A stretch of 64,000 bases of DNA from Paraspadella gotoi (taxonomy: Eukaryota > Animalia > Chaetognatha): contig CM119267.1 of assembly GCA_051294375.1 (NCBI GenBank), forward strand, positions 3,270,593-3,334,592, written 5' to 3'. Shown here piece by piece: positions 61,138 to 64,000 of this stretch; position 1 is the stretch's first letter; every line of letters starts with the position of its first letter. The translations under genes were made by a program, and so were the position numbers. The notes under the pieces were generated by a model. That model ran no database searches, was not told the origin of the DNA, and saw nothing but the letters and a program-made list of their open reading frames with translations.

Positions 61138-61959
61138 TGAAAGAGATTCTTTAAAATGGAAGCAGAATTTAAATCAAGACTCGGAAAAGTGTTCTTTTGT
61201 TAGCGAAGGATCTGATCGAATGCGCTCTCTTGTGGAAAAGATTATTATTTAAATTAAAACAAAAGACTAGGCTGAGCTTGCTTACTTGGTATGTGGGACT
61301 ATGTCTATGACATGAAATGTAAACTTTTCTATTCTAATGTACACGTTGAACAGTAAACGAAATGTTCTTTCCAGCCAATGATTTTATGAAACCTTTTCGA
61401 AAATAAAAATTTGTAAGGAGACTATTATACCATTATACAGTGGAGGACGGAATTTTTAGTGAAAAGAATTCGATACCAAATAAAATGAACGAGAGTTTAT
61501 TTCAGTATAACATCGAAGGGAAAATGCGCGCGAGAATAAAATAACAATGACTTTTATATGAACTACTTTGTTTACCAAAGTAGGAATGTGAAAGGGAATG
61601 GAATTTTAGGCCGAGAAATATTATTGACATTTTTGCAATTTACAGAATTCTTTTCTCACGAACTTCACTCGGCCATGCTACTAAAATTTCAAAAAACAAA
61701 ATAATATTTCTAAAAACGATACTATAAATTCACTCAGGGTTAAAAAAATAAAAATTTTTAAGCCAAAATAACACTATAAAATTCACAAGGTTAGACATTA
61801 ACTGTATCGGTCTATGAAATCGCGAATATATAAGGGAATCAATTACAAGTTTTATTACACACTCTCTATAAAAAAAATTTCATAAGCTAACAATTTTCCA
61901 TCTAACAAAAAATCATGCTTTTTCAACTTGTTCTCTTCACAGTGGCAGTGATTTCTATC

Positions 61960-63480
61960 GAGGAATTCAGCAAAAAAACCACTTTTTGCAATATTGCTAG
62001 AATATTATCAACAGAATTGATTAAATTTAAACCCTAAGACAAAGTGGGCTGGACTACGGATTAATTAAAATCATCTGCTGCATTTTCTAATCAAGAATTG
62101 GTAAATTTTTGCTACTTTTAATAAAAAAAAATATGTCCATTTTTGTCCATTTTGACTTTTGTCTTGAGATTTGAACATCAAGATCATTGAAGAAAATTTT
62201 TTTACTCCAGATTTCGGGTACTTTCTCATCTTCTTTACCTCTGAGTTGGTTCATTTGCCGTTGGTCATCCATTGTTTACCTATGAATTAATTTTTAAATT
62301 GACTAATCAAAAAATTACATTTTTACATTTTATTACAATTTGTTAAACGAAAATACTTCAAAATGTTCACAAATCTAATCAAATATTCCCTTTCAACGGT
62401 GCTTCTGGTACCTAAAAAATTAGGGCAAAAAATTTAATAGTTTTGTAGCAATTAAATTTTTAAATCAACTTTTAATTTGTGGGATTTGTGAGGTGCGTTT
62501 TATTTGAATTAAAACTCGGTTTTTGACTTATTTTATAGTTTTTAATAGATGAGAAATATACTAAGGTTAACAAATTAAAAAAAACCGCATTCTTTTATTG
62601 TAATGGAAAGCTTCAGTAATTTTTTTCCTCTCAATCGACAGGTTTTTGCGGAAAAAATTTCCGCAAAAATCTGTCGATTTTTTAAATCTGCTAGGCAACC
62701 AAACTTTGAAAAAAATCATACGCTACCCAATATTTTCTTTCTTACAATACATTTTAAAGATTTTTATACATCCAGTATGATATAAATGCAAAAAATGAGT
62801 GAGAAGGAGAAAAAGAGAAAGAGAAGAGAGCATAGGTGAAAAAAAGTTGCAGGGAGAGAGAAAAAGAGTGGAAAGAAATTAATATATGGGGAAAAGGGGG
62901 AGAACTAAAACAATTGAGAGAAAAGAAAAGATAAGAAAGAGGGAAGAAAGAGAATCAGAGAGGAGAGAAAAGCAGAGATAGAGAGGAAGAGAAATAAATG
63001 TAAAGGAAGAAAAGAAGGGATGACACAGAGAAATATGAGGACAGAAAAGTCGGAGAATGGGAGAGAAAGACAGAGAGAAAGAGAGAGAAAGAAAGGGACA
63101 GAGAGAAGGTTCAAGAGAGAAAAAATAGTGGAAAAAATGGAAAAAAAATTTTAAAATATAGCTTGCCGTTTTTTTTGCCTAAGCTGTAGTATATCTAAAA
63201 AAAGGCAATAGATCTGACGAGCAATTTAATCTTTAAAAGTTGCCCTTACCATGAAAAATCGTTTTAGTTTCATCTTAAGGTAAAAGAAATTATGTCTTAC
63301 CGTATTTTGAAAGCATAGAAATTCACCCAGTGAGTTCGATGTTATAAGGAGAAAATAACTATAGCCAACCGTTTTTTTAAATAAAGCGTGTTTTATATTA
63401 ATCAGTGGAAACAAAAGAAATAATAGTTATATAAGTTTCAATTTTATTGTTGAAAATACCCGAATAGAAATCACTGCCCA
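61960..63480 (-). repeat. ~1.5-kb dispersed repeat family C, copy 2 (inverted)
   Basis: Diverged reverse complement of 56100-57610, with palindrome at 62633-62679. Confidence 0.8.
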
Positions 63481-64000
63481 GTAAGTCGATGCTCATTTTA
63501 AAATTATGTAACATTTTCGAACTTTTTTATAAAACAAAAGACATATGAAAATAGTTAGTATGCAAAACAATTCAAATACAAAATCATAACGACGAATTCA
63601 ATTTTATTAGAATAAGTTTTCTAAATGCACAATAAGTTGAATTCGAAATGCAATAATTTGTAGACAATAATTCAAAACGGAAATAAAATATCAGTTTTTT
63701 TTATTGAAAAAAATTGAAAAAAAAAACTTTTACTAATTTTACGAAATAAGTTTACTGTCACATTGATTATTGATCTTTGATTTCAATAATGGTTCAACAT
63801 GCAAATTTATTCATTTTTGATGAGTTATCAAAATCAATAGAATAACTTTTATCACACACATATAGCGATCCCCCTCTCACACTCCATGGCAATCTTAACA
63901 TTTTCAAGCGACTTGTCCGCCGTTAAGAATCTCGTAGGTGTCAGGGTGATCGGTGCCTTCCTCTTCAACCTGAATCTCAAAAGGTTTGATTAATACGACA

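Noticed and set aside
63870-63970. Possible terminal exon of a neighbouring minus-strand gene (VEEEGTDHPDTYEILNGGQVA-stop after attcAG)
   Set aside because: Too short and at the window edge; no recognisable motif.

Overview
Draft eukaryotic (metazoan) genomic scaffold with many N gaps, microsatellites, GC-rich exons and AT-rich introns; no prokaryotic features or CRISPR. Two large intron-rich genes lie on the + strand: a divergent classical-type cadherin (~340-30793) and a periostin/TGFBI/midline-fasciclin-like EMI+4xFAS1 protein (33150-43518). They are followed by six closely spaced co-oriented minus-strand genes (ZIFL1-like MFS transporter, MAIP1, two tandem hnRNP A/B-like paralogues, AGXT2, OMA1-like M48 peptidase) and a 7SL (SRP) RNA gene. 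Mobile DNA: a 2.47-kb non-autonomous DIRS1-type element, two TA-flanked MITEs, a tRNA-headed SINE family, a high-copy ~230-bp interspersed repeat, a TTAGGG-containing TIR element, a Penelope-like RT fragment and a 1.5-kb repeat with a central palindrome. A ~6-kb inverted duplication (11200-23756) inside the cadherin gene is probably a gap-filling artefact. Most interesting observation: the DIRS element's internal complementary region (ICR, the circle-junction template) is not next to the right ITR as in canonical DIRS1 but inside an apparent in-frame GT-AG intron of its gag-like ORF, suggesting that splicing separates Gag mRNA from replication-competent RNA. All exon boundaries were read by eye and no database search was run.
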